Source of the DNA: Planctomycetota bacterium
GTDB lineage: Bacteria; Planctomycetota; PLA2; JAEUHO01
Length of the DNA stretch: 64,000 nt
Reading direction: 5' to 3'
Assembly (NCBI GenBank): GCA_050248855.1
Contig: JBFWRP010000001.1
Span: forward strand, 1 to 64,000
Of the stretch, positions 9,504 to 19,760 are shown one piece after another. The position numbers were made by a program, and so were the translations under genes. The notes beneath the pieces are model-generated. The model was not told where the DNA came from and ran no database searches. It saw only the letters and a list, made by a program, of their open reading frames with translations. Within the stretch, counting starts at the first letter, position 1. Each line of letters opens with the position of its first letter.

Positions 9504-10934
9504 GTGCTGGAGCGACTGGAGGCGTCCTTCCGCAGGACATGTCCCACGGTGGAGCACGCGAGCTTGCGCTGGCATCGCGAGGCGCGCGACGTGGCCCACG
9601 TGCGCAACGACGTGGTCGAGCCGTGGGCGCGGGGAGATGCGTCGGGCGTGCTCGTCACCGTCAGGGATCGTGGTGGCGCGGGCTACGCGGCGACCAGCGA
9701 CCTGTCGGACGCAGGGCTCGAGGGGGCTTTCCGTCGCGCGCGGCAGTGGGCCGATCGCACGCGCGGTCGTTCGATCCAGGCCGAGGTCCCGCTTCCGAGT
9801 CCGGTCCAGGGCTCGTACGTCGGCCCCGCGGAGCAGCCGTTCTCGGCTGTCGCGCCGAAGGAGGTGCTCGACCGCCTGCGCCGCGCCTGTGCGGAGATGG
9901 CCATCGACGACGCCATCGTGGACCGCCATGCCAGCGTCGAGCACGTCGACGTCGAGACGCTCCTCGTGGACTCGGCCGGGATGCGCGTCCACCAGCAGTA
10001 CGAGGTGACCATCCCGTTCGCGGTGGCCGTTGCGCATGCGGCCGGCGAGAGCCAGGTCCGGACGCTCGGCGGTCGCGGCCACGCGCGCCAGGGGGGGGTC
10101 GAGGTGCTCGAGCGCATCCTGCCGCCGGGACGCGCGCGGCGCGTGGCCGAGGAGGCGGTCGAGCTGCTCGCAGCGACGATGTGCCCCGAGGCCACGTGCG
10201 ATGTCGTCCTGGCTCCGGACCAGATGATCCTGCAGATCCACGAGTCGATCGGCCACCCGCTCGAGCTCGACCGCATCCTCGGTGACGAGCGCAACTACGC
10301 TGGCACGAGCTTCGTGACTCTCGACATGTTCGGCAGCTACCGCTACGGCTCCGACCTGCTGGACGTGACGTTCGATCCCGGGGTGCCCGGCCAGGTCGCG
10401 TCGTACGCCTACGACGACGATGGCACGCCCGCCACGCGGGAGTGGCTGATCCGCAAGGGGATCCTGGAGCGGGGGCTCGGGGGGGCCGCTTCGCAGGCCC
10501 GCTCCGGCGTCCCCGGCGTTGCCAACGCCCGCGCCTGCGCGTGGAACCGCCCGCCGATCGACCGCATGGCCAACCTCAACCTGGAGCCGGGCACCTCGCG
10601 CTTCGAGGACCTGGTGGGGGCCGTAGAGAACGGCGTCTACATGGAGACCAACTGCTCGTGGTCCATCGACGACGCGCGCAACAAGTTCCAGTTCGGCTGC
10701 GAGCTGGGGCGCCGCATCCGGGACGGCGAGCTGGCCGAGCTCGTCCGCAAGCCCAACTACCGGGGGATCAGCGCCACGTTCTGGCGCAACCTGGCCGGCG
10801 TCGGGGACGCGAGCACGCGCGAGGTGCTCGGCACGCCCAACTGCGGCAAGGGCGAGCCCAACCAGATGGTGCGCGTGGGCCACGCTTCGCCGGCGTGTCG
10901 TTTCCGCGACGTCGCGGTGTTCGGAGGCGCATGA
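9504..10934 (+). CDS. tldD: TldD family metalloprotease, catalytic subunit
   Basis: IHESIGHPLELDRILGDE (HExxxH), YAYDDDG, PIDRMANL, SWSIDD.R.KFQFG and CGKGEPNQ...VGHASP; GTG start 8 nt after AGGAGG. Confidence 0.9.
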   Translation: MLERLEASFRRTCPTVEHASLRWHREARDVAHVRNDVVEPWARGDASGVLVTVRDRGGAGYAATSDLSDAGLEGAFRRARQWADRTRGRSIQAEVPLPSPVQGSYVGPAEQPFSAVAPKEVLDRLRRACAEMAIDDAIVDRHASVEHVDVETLLVDSAGMRVHQQYEVTIPFAVAVAHAAGESQVRTLGGRGHARQGGVEVLERILPPGRARRVAEEAVELLAATMCPEATCDVVLAPDQMILQIHESIGHPLELDRILGDERNYAGTSFVTLDMFGSYRYGSDLLDVTFDPGVPGQVASYAYDDDGTPATREWLIRKGILERGLGGAASQARSGVPGVANARACAWNRPPIDRMANLNLEPGTSRFEDLVGAVENGVYMETNCSWSIDDARNKFQFGCELGRRIRDGELAELVRKPNYRGISATFWRNLAGVGDASTREVLGTPNCGKGEPNQMVRVGHASPACRFRDVAVFGGA

Positions 10935-12283
10935 GCGATCGCACGGACTCCCCCCGCAGCTGGTGGGAGGGCTTGACGCGCGCGGCATTCGCGAGCCTCG
11001 AGGGCAGCGAGCGCCTGGACCTGTACTACGCGGGCGAGTCCACGGACTTCGCGCGCTTCAATGCCGGCCGCGTGCGTCAAGCCGGAGCCGTCGAGCAGCA
11101 TGCGGTGCGCCTCGCCCTCTCCTCGAGGGGACGCCAAGCGGCGTCGGACATCGACCTCGCCGGACGCCTGACCACGGACGAAGGCCGCGTACGGCACGAA
11201 GTGGCCGTGCTCCGGGCCCTCCTGCCCTCCCTTCCCGAAGACCCGTGGCTGCTGCTCGCCGAAGGCGAGCCGGACTCCGTCCGCGAGGTCACGGGGCTGG
11301 CCGACGACCCGACGGACGTGTTGGATCTCGTGGTGACCTCGGCACCGGCGAACGCCGACGTCGTGGGCATCTACGCGGCCGGGACGGTGCGGCGTGCCTT
11401 TGCCTCGTCCACCGGGCAGCGCAACTGGCACGAGGTCGTCTCGTCGCACGTGGACTGGAGCGCCCATCGCCGCGACGCGCGCGATCGCGCGGTCAAGAAG
11501 GACTTGGCGGGTCCGTCGTTCGATCCCGCCGCGTTCTCGCGCAAGGCCGAGGAGGTCGTGCGCGAGCTCGAGGTGCTCGGGCGCCCGGCCCATCCGGTTG
11601 CGCCGGGGCGGTACCGCGCGTGGCTCGGGCCCGCGGCGCTGCACGAATGGATGCAGATGCTGGCCTGGGGTGGGTTCGGCCTGAGGGCGCAGCGCACCAA
11701 GCAGTCGCCCTTGCAGCGCATGCTCGAAGGCGAGGCGCGCTTCGCCGAGCAGGTCCAGCTGGAGGAGCGCGTGGAAGGTGCGCTCGCACCGGCGTTCCAG
11801 GGCGACGGCTTTGCCCGCCCGGGGTGCGTGCCGCTCGTCACCGCCGGCGCTCCCTCGGGGTCCTTGGTTTCGCCCCGCTCGTCGCGGGAGTACGGCGTGC
11901 CGCATACGGGCGCGTCGGACGCCGAGCGCCCCGAGGCCCTGGCGATGGCCGGCGGCGTTCTCGCCCACGACGACGTCCTCCGCACACTGGGGACGGGGCT
12001 ATACGTGGGCAACCTCTGGTACCTCAACTTCTCGGACCGGGGCGCGTGCCGGGCCACGGGCATGACACGCTTTGGCACCTTCTGGGTGGAGGGTGGCGAG
12101 ATCGTCGCCCCGGTGGACACGATGCGCTTCGACGAGACCGCCTACCACATGCTGGGCGACCAGCTCGTCGCCGTCGGCCGGGAGGTCGAGACGCTGGCCG
12201 ACGGGTCCACGTACGGAGCGCGCAGCACCGACGTCTGGCGGCTTCCGGGCGTCCTCGTCGACGACTACGCGCTGACGCTCTAG
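10931..12283 (+). CDS. TldE/PmbA family protein, non-catalytic partner
   Basis: ATGA overlap with tldD; FARFN...VRQAG, F..DGF, GLY..NLWYLNFSDR and TGMTRF.TFWVE.GEIVAP; no HExxxH motif. Confidence 0.85.
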   Translation: MSDRTDSPRSWWEGLTRAAFASLEGSERLDLYYAGESTDFARFNAGRVRQAGAVEQHAVRLALSSRGRQAASDIDLAGRLTTDEGRVRHEVAVLRALLPSLPEDPWLLLAEGEPDSVREVTGLADDPTDVLDLVVTSAPANADVVGIYAAGTVRRAFASSTGQRNWHEVVSSHVDWSAHRRDARDRAVKKDLAGPSFDPAAFSRKAEEVVRELEVLGRPAHPVAPGRYRAWLGPAALHEWMQMLAWGGFGLRAQRTKQSPLQRMLEGEARFAEQVQLEERVEGALAPAFQGDGFARPGCVPLVTAGAPSGSLVSPRSSREYGVPHTGASDAERPEALAMAGGVLAHDDVLRTLGTGLYVGNLWYLNFSDRGACRATGMTRFGTFWVEGGEIVAPVDTMRFDETAYHMLGDQLVAVGREVETLADGSTYGARSTDVWRLPGVLVDDYALTL

Positions 12284-12290
12284 ATCGCGG

Positions 12291-12833
12291 TCACGCTTCG
12301 TCGTGGTCGTCGTGCCACGCGTCATCGTGATCGTCGTGCTCGTCGTCGCCGTCGCGGTGGGCGGCGTTGACCCAGGTCATCAGCCCGAAGCCTGGCAGGG
12401 CGACGACGCCCGCGCCCCAGTACATGCTCGAGGCCCAGCTGGCGACGTTGGGGATGCGCGTCCCGGCGCCGAAGCGGGCCAAGACGACCAGCTGCACCAA
12501 GGCGAAGGCCAGCCCGATCGCGCTCCACAGGACGATGACGTGGCGGGCGTGGACGCTGCCGAGGTCGGCCCCGCGCGCCATCATCCCGAACACGACGTAG
12601 GCCGCCAGCGCCACGGTGCCGAGGCAGGTCAGGAGGCTGGCGACGATGTAGATCATGGGCACGGCGGCCTCGAAGGCGTCCGCCTTGGGCATGACCGTCC
12701 GGACCAGGAGCAGCAGCAGGAACAGCGCCAGGAACACGGAGAGCGCGAAGCCGAACGCGTTGACCCAGGCCCAGCGCCGCGGGTCGCTCCAAGCCAGGCG
12801 GGGCGGGGCGGGCCGACGGGGGGTGCGGGCCAT
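12291..12833 (-). CDS. Hypothetical 4-TM membrane protein with His/Asp-rich C-terminal tail
   Basis: Four hydrophobic segments; ends HRDGDDEHDDHDDAWHDDHDEA; AGGAG upstream of the ATG. Confidence 0.7.
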   Translation of the reverse strand: MARTPRRPAPPRLAWSDPRRWAWVNAFGFALSVFLALFLLLLLVRTVMPKADAFEAAVPMIYIVASLLTCLGTVALAAYVVFGMMARGADLGSVHARHVIVLWSAIGLAFALVQLVVLARFGAGTRIPNVASWASSMYWGAGVVALPGFGLMTWVNAAHRDGDDEHDDHDDAWHDDHDEA

Positions 12834-13010
12834 GGCCGGGGCTCCTGACGTTCTCGGGTCGCGGACTCTAGAACGGATCGCTGCCGGCGGCCCGTTTCGA
12901 GGACGGACGGGGGAGCGGGGGCGGTCCGGCAGGGCGTGGCGCATGCCTCCCCATCGGCAGGCTGGCGTGCGCGCTGGAACCGCAGGCCCCTGCAGGTAGA
13001 CCTCCTCGTC

Positions 13011-13916
13011 ATGCCGGAGCTGCCCGAGGTCGAGACCGTCGTGCGTGCCGTCCGCCCGCACGTGGTCGGCCGGCGCATCGCCCGGGCCCGGGTCGCCTGG
13101 CCCCGCACGGTGGGTGCCTTGGGGCCGGAGGGCTTCGCGCGCCGCGTCCGCGGGCTCGAGATCCGCGCCATCCATCGCCGCGCCAAGTGGTTCGTCATGG
13201 CGCTCCCCTCGAAGGCGCGTCCGCGGCAAGCCTTGTTGGGCCACCTGCGCATGAGCGGGCGACTGGAAGTCCAGCCCGCCGAGCTCCCGCCCCTCTCCTG
13301 GGAGCGTGCGGCCCTGCTCTTCACGGACGGCACCTCGGTGCGGTTCATCGACGTGCGCAAGTTCGGTCGCCTCGAGCTGGTCGACGACCCGGATGACCAC
13401 TTGGCCGACATCGGTCCCGAGCCGCTGGAGCCCACCTTCACCGACGCTGCCTTCACCGCGTGTCTTGCGGGGCGCCGCGGCGGGCTCAAGGCCACGCTGC
13501 TCGATCCCCGCGTCGTGGCCGGGCTCGGCAACATCTACGTCGACGAAGCGCTGCACCGCGCAGGCCTGCACCCGCTGCGCTCCGTCGCCACGCTGCGGGC
13601 CCCCGAGCGGGTGCGCCTGCGCACGGCGATCGTCGACGTGCTCGCGGCGGCGCTTGACGCCGAAGGCTCGAGCTTCGACGTGTTCTACCGGACGCCCGAC
13701 GGCCGCCCGGGCAGCTACCAGGACCGCCTCCTCGTCTATGGACGCGCGGGCGAGCCCTGCACCACGTGCGCCTGCCCCGTGCGGCGCATCGTCGTGGCGG
13801 GACGCGGGACCCACGTGTGCCCGCGCTGCCAGCGTGCGCCCCGGCGGGCTACGCAGCGTCGTCGGGCGGCAGCAACCCCGCGGCCTGGAGGAGCGCGCGG
13901 GCGCTCGAGCCGCTGA
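13011..13916 (+). CDS. mutM: Formamidopyrimidine-DNA glycosylase (Fpg/MutM)
   Basis: MPELPEVETV N-terminus, HLRMSG, DVRKFG, GPEPL, H2TH motif GLGNIYVDEALH, C-terminal CxxC...CxxCQ zinc finger. Confidence 0.96.
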   Translation: MPELPEVETVVRAVRPHVVGRRIARARVAWPRTVGALGPEGFARRVRGLEIRAIHRRAKWFVMALPSKARPRQALLGHLRMSGRLEVQPAELPPLSWERAALLFTDGTSVRFIDVRKFGRLELVDDPDDHLADIGPEPLEPTFTDAAFTACLAGRRGGLKATLLDPRVVAGLGNIYVDEALHRAGLHPLRSVATLRAPERVRLRTAIVDVLAAALDAEGSSFDVFYRTPDGRPGSYQDRLLVYGRAGEPCTTCACPVRRIVVAGRGTHVCPRCQRAPRRATQRRRAAATPRPGGARGRSSR

Positions 13917-15660
13917 CCACCCCCGGGCGGACGCGGTGGTCGAAGCGAAGCGTCCCGTCGGAGACGTCCGCGGCGAAGTGCACGTTCCCGATTCGCGGCT
14001 CGTCGTCGGCCAACCGCGTCAACGCGAGATCGTGCGTGGTCACGAGCGCCAGCGCGTCCGCGGCCAGCAGGTGCTCGACCACTGCCGTGGCGCCGATGAC
14101 GCGATCCTCGGAGGTGGTGCCGCCGAACAGCTCGTCGAGCAGGGCGAGGTAGGGCGGGTGCCGACGCGCGTCCTCGACGAGCGTCGCCGTGCGGACGACC
14201 TCGGCCTGGAAGCGCGACACGCCTGCGAGCAGGTCGTCGTCCACGCCCAGCGACGTGCCGAGGCCAAACGGGCCGCCGTGCCAGGAGGCGGCCGCCACGG
14301 GCGCACCGAGGCGACCCAGGATCTCGTTGAGGCCCACGGCGCGCAGCCACGTGCTCTTGCCCGCCATGTTGGCTCCGCTCACGACGAGAACGGCCGGGTC
14401 GGGTGCGCCCAGGGCGATGTCGTTGGCCACGCTGCTCGCGAGCGGCAGCAGGGGGTGGCGCACGGCCGTCGCCTCGAGGCGCGCCGCACGCGTCGCGCCG
14501 GGCATCGGCCACGCATCTTCGGGGTGCTCGCGCGTGTACGTGGCGACCGCCGTGGCCGCGTCGAAGGCGCCCAGCTCGCCGAGCCACGCCAGCGCCGCTT
14601 TGCCATGCAGGGCGCGCCAGCGCTCCACGCTTCGCGCCAGCCGGGTCCCACTCCCCGTGATCCACACGAAGGGCAGCGCGAAGGGGTTGCGCAGGCTCTC
14701 GACCCAGCCGGCCAGCCGCCCGAGACGCGTGGCATGCCCACCTTCCACGCGGCAGCGCGCGGCGACGTCCTCGCCCACGAGGTCAGGCCGCTGGCCCAGG
14801 AGCGGCGCCAGGCGCGCGGCGAGCGAGAGCTCGCGGGCCGCAGGCTCCGACGCGGCGAGGGCCTCGGTCACGGGGCGCGCGCGCACGCGCCACACGAGGT
14901 TGTGCAGGACGAAGCCGGCGAGCGCTCCGGGGATCCCCGTGGGGGCGCCGGCGAGCCAAGCCCCCACGAGGGCGATGTCGACCACGCATGCCACCTCGAC
15001 GGCCACGCGCCACGCGCCGCCGAGCTCGCGCGGCGGCGCATGGACCCAGGCCGCGACGCGGTCCTCGCCCAGGGCCTGCGGCGCGTCGGCCGCGGTGACG
15101 GCCCACGCTTCGAGGAGATCCGGCTCCGCCGCGAGGCGGGCGGCGCGCTCCTGACGGGCCACGCGCTGTTCGGCCGTGGGCGTGGACAGCGCGAGCGCCA
15201 CGAGCTCGTGGGCGCCGCGGTGCGTGCGCGGGCGTCCCATCCGGGCCAACAGGCCGCGGGGTCCCGCGACGTGGAGGGCCTCCGCGGTCTCGCGCCACGA
15301 GGCGTGGAGCAGCGGCGTGGCATCGAACTCGCCCGCCGGCACGTCGTCGTCGAGGCGGGTCAGGACGTGGTCGCCGTGGAGCACGCGCGCCGTCGCCGCC
15401 CTCTCCTTCGCGCCGGCCCGCCCGCTGGCCACGACCAGGAGCGCGAAGGCCACCAGCGCCGCCAGGGCCGCGGACCCGCCCCACGGCGACGGCAGGAGGA
15501 GGGCGGACGCGCCCGCAGCGACGAACGCCACGATGCGCCAGGTGCCGAGCCGCTCGCCCGTGGCCTCTGCGGTCGCCAGGTCCTTGCGGGCCATGTCGCG
15601 GCGTGCGCTCGCATCCCCGCGAACGGCGTCCCGGGTGGTCGGGCGATCGACGTCAGACAA
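13849..15660 (-). CDS. Membrane-associated MutS-related ATPase (MutS domain V only)
   Basis: N-terminal hydrophobic pairs; HPLL...VANDI, Walker A SGANMAGKSTWLR, SRFQAEV, LLDELFGGT and TTHDL. Probable TTG start overlaps the hrpA stop. Confidence 0.85.
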   Translation of the reverse strand: MSDVDRPTTRDAVRGDASARRDMARKDLATAEATGERLGTWRIVAFVAAGASALLLPSPWGGSAALAALVAFALLVVASGRAGAKERAATARVLHGDHVLTRLDDDVPAGEFDATPLLHASWRETAEALHVAGPRGLLARMGRPRTHRGAHELVALALSTPTAEQRVARQERAARLAAEPDLLEAWAVTAADAPQALGEDRVAAWVHAPPRELGGAWRVAVEVACVVDIALVGAWLAGAPTGIPGALAGFVLHNLVWRVRARPVTEALAASEPAARELSLAARLAPLLGQRPDLVGEDVAARCRVEGGHATRLGRLAGWVESLRNPFALPFVWITGSGTRLARSVERWRALHGKAALAWLGELGAFDAATAVATYTREHPEDAWPMPGATRAARLEATAVRHPLLPLASSVANDIALGAPDPAVLVVSGANMAGKSTWLRAVGLNEILGRLGAPVAAASWHGGPFGLGTSLGVDDDLLAGVSRFQAEVVRTATLVEDARRHPPYLALLDELFGGTTSEDRVIGATAVVEHLLAADALALVTTHDLALTRLADDEPRIGNVHFAADVSDGTLRFDHRVRPGVVSGSSARALLQAAGLLPPDDAA

Positions 15661-18600
15661 GGCGGCTCTCCCAGATCTCGTCCAATCGTGCCTCGGACAT
15701 GCGCCCCGCGGTGCCAAGCTCCTGGGCGAACAGGGCTACGCGCCACTCCTCGAGCGCCCAGCGCAGCGTCTCCAGGGCCGGGTCGTCCAAGCCCTCCTCC
15801 TCGGCCAGGGCTTCGGCTTCGCGCCAGCGCCCGAGCCAGGGATCGAGACGTGCCTGCTGGCGACGGTCCGTGGCCAGGCCGCCGTGTCCGATGCGCTGCA
15901 GGCGCGCGTCCAGGGCATCGAGGTAGCGCGGCACGCGCGTCAGATGGACCCACGGCGTGGCGGCGAACACGTCCTCCTCCACGAGGCGGGCCAGCTGGCG
16001 GATCATGTCGTCCACGGGGGCCTCGTAGCCTGGCGGAGGGCTCATCATCAGCTTGCGCGCCACGGCGTCGTAGCGCTCCAGGATCGCCTCCACGAGATGC
16101 ACGGCCTCTTCCAGGGCCGCCCCGACCCCGCGCCGCACGCCGTCGCGCACCCGCACGAACGTGGCCTCGTCCCGCGGGACGGCTCGCTCCAGCCCCGCGG
16201 CCCGGTCCAGCACGAGCTCGACGATCTCGCGGGCCAGCTGCTGCGGTGTGCCGCGCGTGCGCTGCAGGCGCGACAACCGCGGCCACGACGGATGCGCTTC
16301 GAGACGACGGCGCACGGTGACCCCGACGTCCAGGGCGAGCAGGCGGCGCACGGCGCGCCGGTGCAGGCGGTCGGCGCGCGGGCCGGGGTCGACGTGGGCC
16401 AGCCGCACCACGTCGCCACCGTCCACGAGCACGGGACGCGCCCGCATGTGGAAGCCGCCGTGGTCGACCTCGACCTCGTCCGGCAGCGTGCCGAAGGACC
16501 ACGTGCGGGAGGCGCGGGTCTCCGCCTCGCGATCGGCTTCGGCGAGGACGGCCCCGCGGCGCGCGCGCGCCTCGCGGCGCACGGCCTCCAGGTCCCGTCC
16601 GCTGGCCAGCACGGCTCCGTGCTCGTCGAGCACGTCGACGCGCGCGAGCAGATGCGGCGGCAGCTGCTCGGGCACGAAGTCGCGGGCGCGCAGCGCACGT
16701 CCGGGCCGTGTGCCCAGGGCGTGGCCGAGCGCGACCCGCAGGCTGCCGCGACCGAACTCGAGCTGGCGCGCGAGGGCCGCCGCCGTCTCCGGCAGCGGCA
16801 CGAGGGGACGGCGCAGGGCCTTGGGAAGCGTGCGCAGGAGCCCCTCGACCTTCAGGGCCAGCCAGCCCGGGACCAGCCACTCCAAGCGCTCCGCGCGCAC
16901 GCGGCCAAGGGCCGCCAGGGGGACGCGCACGGTGATGCCGTCGGACTCCTCGCCAGGCGCCAGCCGGTAGCGGAGCTCGAGCCGCGCTCCCTCGACGTGG
17001 AGGGCGTCCGGCCAGGCCGAGGGGTCGTCGGGCAGCGGCTCGCCGAGCAGCGCCTCCAGGTCGAGGAACAACACGCGGGGGTCGTCGCGCTCCGCCGCCG
17101 CGCGCCAGCGCTCGAAGGACGTGGACCCCGTGACCTCGGCCGGTACGCGCGCGTCGAAGAAGGCGAAGCGATCGTCTGCGCCGAGCTCGAGGTCGGGCCG
17201 CCGAAGCCGTGCCTGCCAGCCCCGCACGTCCTCCAGGACGCGTTCGTTGTGGCGGCGCCACGCCGCCCGCGAGCGGTAGCGGCCGTGGACCAAGGCATGG
17301 CGCAGGAAGATCTCGCGCGCGCGGCGCGGGTGGATGGGCCCGTAGTGCACGCGGCGTCGAGGTTCGAGCACCAAGCCGTCCAGCGTGACGCGCTCGTACG
17401 CGTACACGTGGCCGTGGCGCTCGCTCCAGTGGGCGTCGCGGTACTTGCGCTTGACGAGGTGCTCGGCGTACGGTTCGACCCAGTCGCGCCGGATCGGCGC
17501 CACCAGGCGGGCGTAGACCCGGCTCGTCTCGACACGCTCGAGAGACACGATCCAGGGGGGGCGCTCCCGGAACAGCACGCTGCCGGGCCAGAGCCAGACG
17601 GTGGAGTCGTGCGTGCCGTGGTACGCGTGCCCCTCGCCGCGCATGGCGACGTGGGAGAGCATGCCCGGCACCAAGGCCCGGTGGATGCGCTCGGGGTTCC
17701 GGGCGTCCGGGCCCTCGTCGTCGCCCTGGCGGGTCATGTCGCGCAGCTGGCGGACGACGTCGTTCCACTCGCGCCAGCGCGTGAAGCGCAGGTGGTGATC
17801 GCGGCACCACGCGCGGAAGCCCCGCCCGCTCCGCGCAGCCTCCTCGCGCGTGCAGTGGTCATGGAGCTTGAGCAGGGTCATCACGTCGGACGCGGGATCG
17901 AGGAACCGGGCGTGTGCGCGGTCCGCCGTGCCCGTGTCCTCCGCGGGCCGCTCGCGAGGGTCGCCGGCCCCGAGCGCAGCGACCACGATCCGCAGCGCGT
18001 CGACGCAACCCAGGCGCTGGGCCTCGAGCAGCATGCGCGCCAGCCGGGGGTCGAGCGGGAGCCGGGCCAAGGCTCGCCCCGTGTCCGTGAGACGGCCCTC
18101 CTCGTCCACGGCCGCCAGCTCGAAGAGGGTGCGGTAGCCCTCGCGGATGGCCTTGGGGCGGGGCGGGTCGAGGAACGGGAACGCCTCGATCGGGCCCAGC
18201 TTCAGGGCCTTCATGTCGAGGATCACGCCCGCGAGGTTGCTGCGCAGCAGCTCCGGTGCGGTGTGCCGGTCGCGGCGCTCGAAGTCGTCCTCGTCGTAGA
18301 GGCGGATGCACACGCCATCGGCGACGCGTCCGCAGCGTCCCGCGCGTTGCGCCGCGCTGTCTTGGCTGATGGGCTCGATCGGCAGGCGCTGGACGCGCAG
18401 GTGGGGGCTGTAGCGGCGTACGCGTGCACGGCCCGTGTCGACGACGTGGTGGATGCCCGGAACGGTCAGGCTGGTCTCGGCGACGTTCGTCGAGAGGACG
18501 ATGCGGCGCCGCGGCGAGGGCGCGAAGACGCGGTCCTGCTGCTCGACGGGCAACCGGGCGTAGAGCGGTAGCACGTCCACGGGGCCCAGGTCGAGCTCGC

Positions 18601-19516
18601 CAAGGTGCGCGGTGACCTCCGCGATCTCCCGCGCGGTGGCCAGGAACACGAGGATGTCCCCCGGGCCCTCGGCGAGCAGCTCGCGACACGCCGCGGCCAC
18701 GGCGCGCTCGAGCTCGACGGGATCGCCGTTCTCGTCGGTTCCGGGCGGGCGCCAGCGCACCTCCACCGGATAGGTCCGGCCCGAGACCTCCACGACAGGT
18801 GCACCCCCGAAGTGCTCCGCGAAGCGTTCCGTGTCGAGCGTGGCCGACGTGATGACGACGCAAAGGTCGTCGCGGCGCTCGATGAGCCGACGCACGTAGC
18901 CGAGGAGGAAGTCGATGTTGAGGCTTCGCTCGTGCGCCTCGTCGAGCAGGATCGTGTCGTAGGTCAGCAGGTCCGGGTCGCGCCGCGTGGCCGCCAGCAG
19001 GATGCCATCGGTCATCACCTGCACGCGGCACGTCGGCGGGGCCGTGTCGTGGAAGCGGACCGTGTGACCGACGGCCCGCGGGCCTTCGGCGCCGAGCTCC
19101 TCGGCGATCCGCCGCGCGACGCTGCGCGCCGCGATGCGCCGCGGCTGCGTGTGGCCGATGCGCCCGGCGAGGCCACGCCCCGCCGCCAGGGCCAGCTTGG
19201 GCAGCTGGGTGGTCTTGCCCGAGCCCGTCTCGCCGCACACCACGAAGACGCGTTCGCGCCGGAAGAGGTCGATCAGCTCCTGCGCATGCGCGGCCACCGG
19301 CAGCTGGGGGGGCACGTCGAGGCGCAAGGCCAGCGAAGCCCGCTGCTCCTGCCGTGCGGCGGCTTCGGCCCAGGCCTCTGCGAGCCGTGCGCCCGCCGCT
19401 TGCACGTCGTCGCCGCGCCGTGCCCGGCGGGCCAAGGAGCGCGAGCGTAGGAGGAGGCGCGCGGCATCCACGCGGGCGACATCGGGAAGCGGCCGCGGGA
19501 GGAAGTCCTGGGTCAT
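15653..19516 (-). CDS. hrpA: ATP-dependent RNA helicase HrpA
   Basis: GETGSGKTTQLPK, TQPRRIAARS, DEAHERSLNIDFLLG, SAT, TNVAETSLTVPGI and QRAGRCGR; C-terminal RWALEEWRVALFAQELGT. Confidence 0.96.
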   Translation of the reverse strand: MTQDFLPRPLPDVARVDAARLLLRSRSLARRARRGDDVQAAGARLAEAWAEAAARQEQRASLALRLDVPPQLPVAAHAQELIDLFRRERVFVVCGETGSGKTTQLPKLALAAGRGLAGRIGHTQPRRIAARSVARRIAEELGAEGPRAVGHTVRFHDTAPPTCRVQVMTDGILLAATRRDPDLLTYDTILLDEAHERSLNIDFLLGYVRRLIERRDDLCVVITSATLDTERFAEHFGGAPVVEVSGRTYPVEVRWRPPGTDENGDPVELERAVAAACRELLAEGPGDILVFLATAREIAEVTAHLGELDLGPVDVLPLYARLPVEQQDRVFAPSPRRRIVLSTNVAETSLTVPGIHHVVDTGRARVRRYSPHLRVQRLPIEPISQDSAAQRAGRCGRVADGVCIRLYDEDDFERRDRHTAPELLRSNLAGVILDMKALKLGPIEAFPFLDPPRPKAIREGYRTLFELAAVDEEGRLTDTGRALARLPLDPRLARMLLEAQRLGCVDALRIVVAALGAGDPRERPAEDTGTADRAHARFLDPASDVMTLLKLHDHCTREEAARSGRGFRAWCRDHHLRFTRWREWNDVVRQLRDMTRQGDDEGPDARNPERIHRALVPGMLSHVAMRGEGHAYHGTHDSTVWLWPGSVLFRERPPWIVSLERVETSRVYARLVAPIRRDWVEPYAEHLVKRKYRDAHWSERHGHVYAYERVTLDGLVLEPRRRVHYGPIHPRRAREIFLRHALVHGRYRSRAAWRRHNERVLEDVRGWQARLRRPDLELGADDRFAFFDARVPAEVTGSTSFERWRAAAERDDPRVLFLDLEALLGEPLPDDPSAWPDALHVEGARLELRYRLAPGEESDGITVRVPLAALGRVRAERLEWLVPGWLALKVEGLLRTLPKALRRPLVPLPETAAALARQLEFGRGSLRVALGHALGTRPGRALRARDFVPEQLPPHLLARVDVLDEHGAVLASGRDLEAVRREARARRGAVLAEADREAETRASRTWSFGTLPDEVEVDHGGFHMRARPVLVDGGDVVRLAHVDPGPRADRLHRRAVRRLLALDVGVTVRRRLEAHPSWPRLSRLQRTRGTPQQLAREIVELVLDRAAGLERAVPRDEATFVRVRDGVRRGVGAALEEAVHLVEAILERYDAVARKLMMSPPPGYEAPVDDMIRQLARLVEEDVFAATPWVHLTRVPRYLDALDARLQRIGHGGLATDRRQQARLDPWLGRWREAEALAEEEGLDDPALETLRWALEEWRVALFAQELGTAGRMSEARLDEIWESRLV

Positions 19517-19589
19517 GCGTGGCTGCCCGACGGGACGAACAGGGCGGTCACGATGGGCCTGGCTTCACAGGACCGGCATGCGCGGGACG

Positions 19590-19677
19590 TGGTGCCGAAG
19601 GTGGGACTCGAACCCACAAGGGAGTAACTCCCACTAGGTCCTGAACCTAGCGCGTCTGCCAATTCCGCCACTTCGGC
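19590..19677 (-). tRNA. tRNA-Leu(CAG)
   Basis: GCCGAAG/CTTCGGC acceptor stem, D-arm GGAATTGGCAGAC, anticodon arm CTAGG-TTCAGGA-CCTAG, long variable arm, GGTTCGAGTCC T-arm and encoded CCA. Confidence 0.97.
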
Positions 19678-19760
19678 GCGTGGTGGGGGGAGGGTAGTCG
19701 GTGGGCCGCCGTGGTCAAGGGGGCGCTGTGGCGTCGGGGCTGGGGACGTAGACTGGCCGC

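Noticed and set aside
19590..19760. tRNA-Leu as an integration site for an island or prophage
   Set aside because: There is no integrase nearby, I noticed no duplicate of the tRNA 3' end, and hrpA follows immediately.
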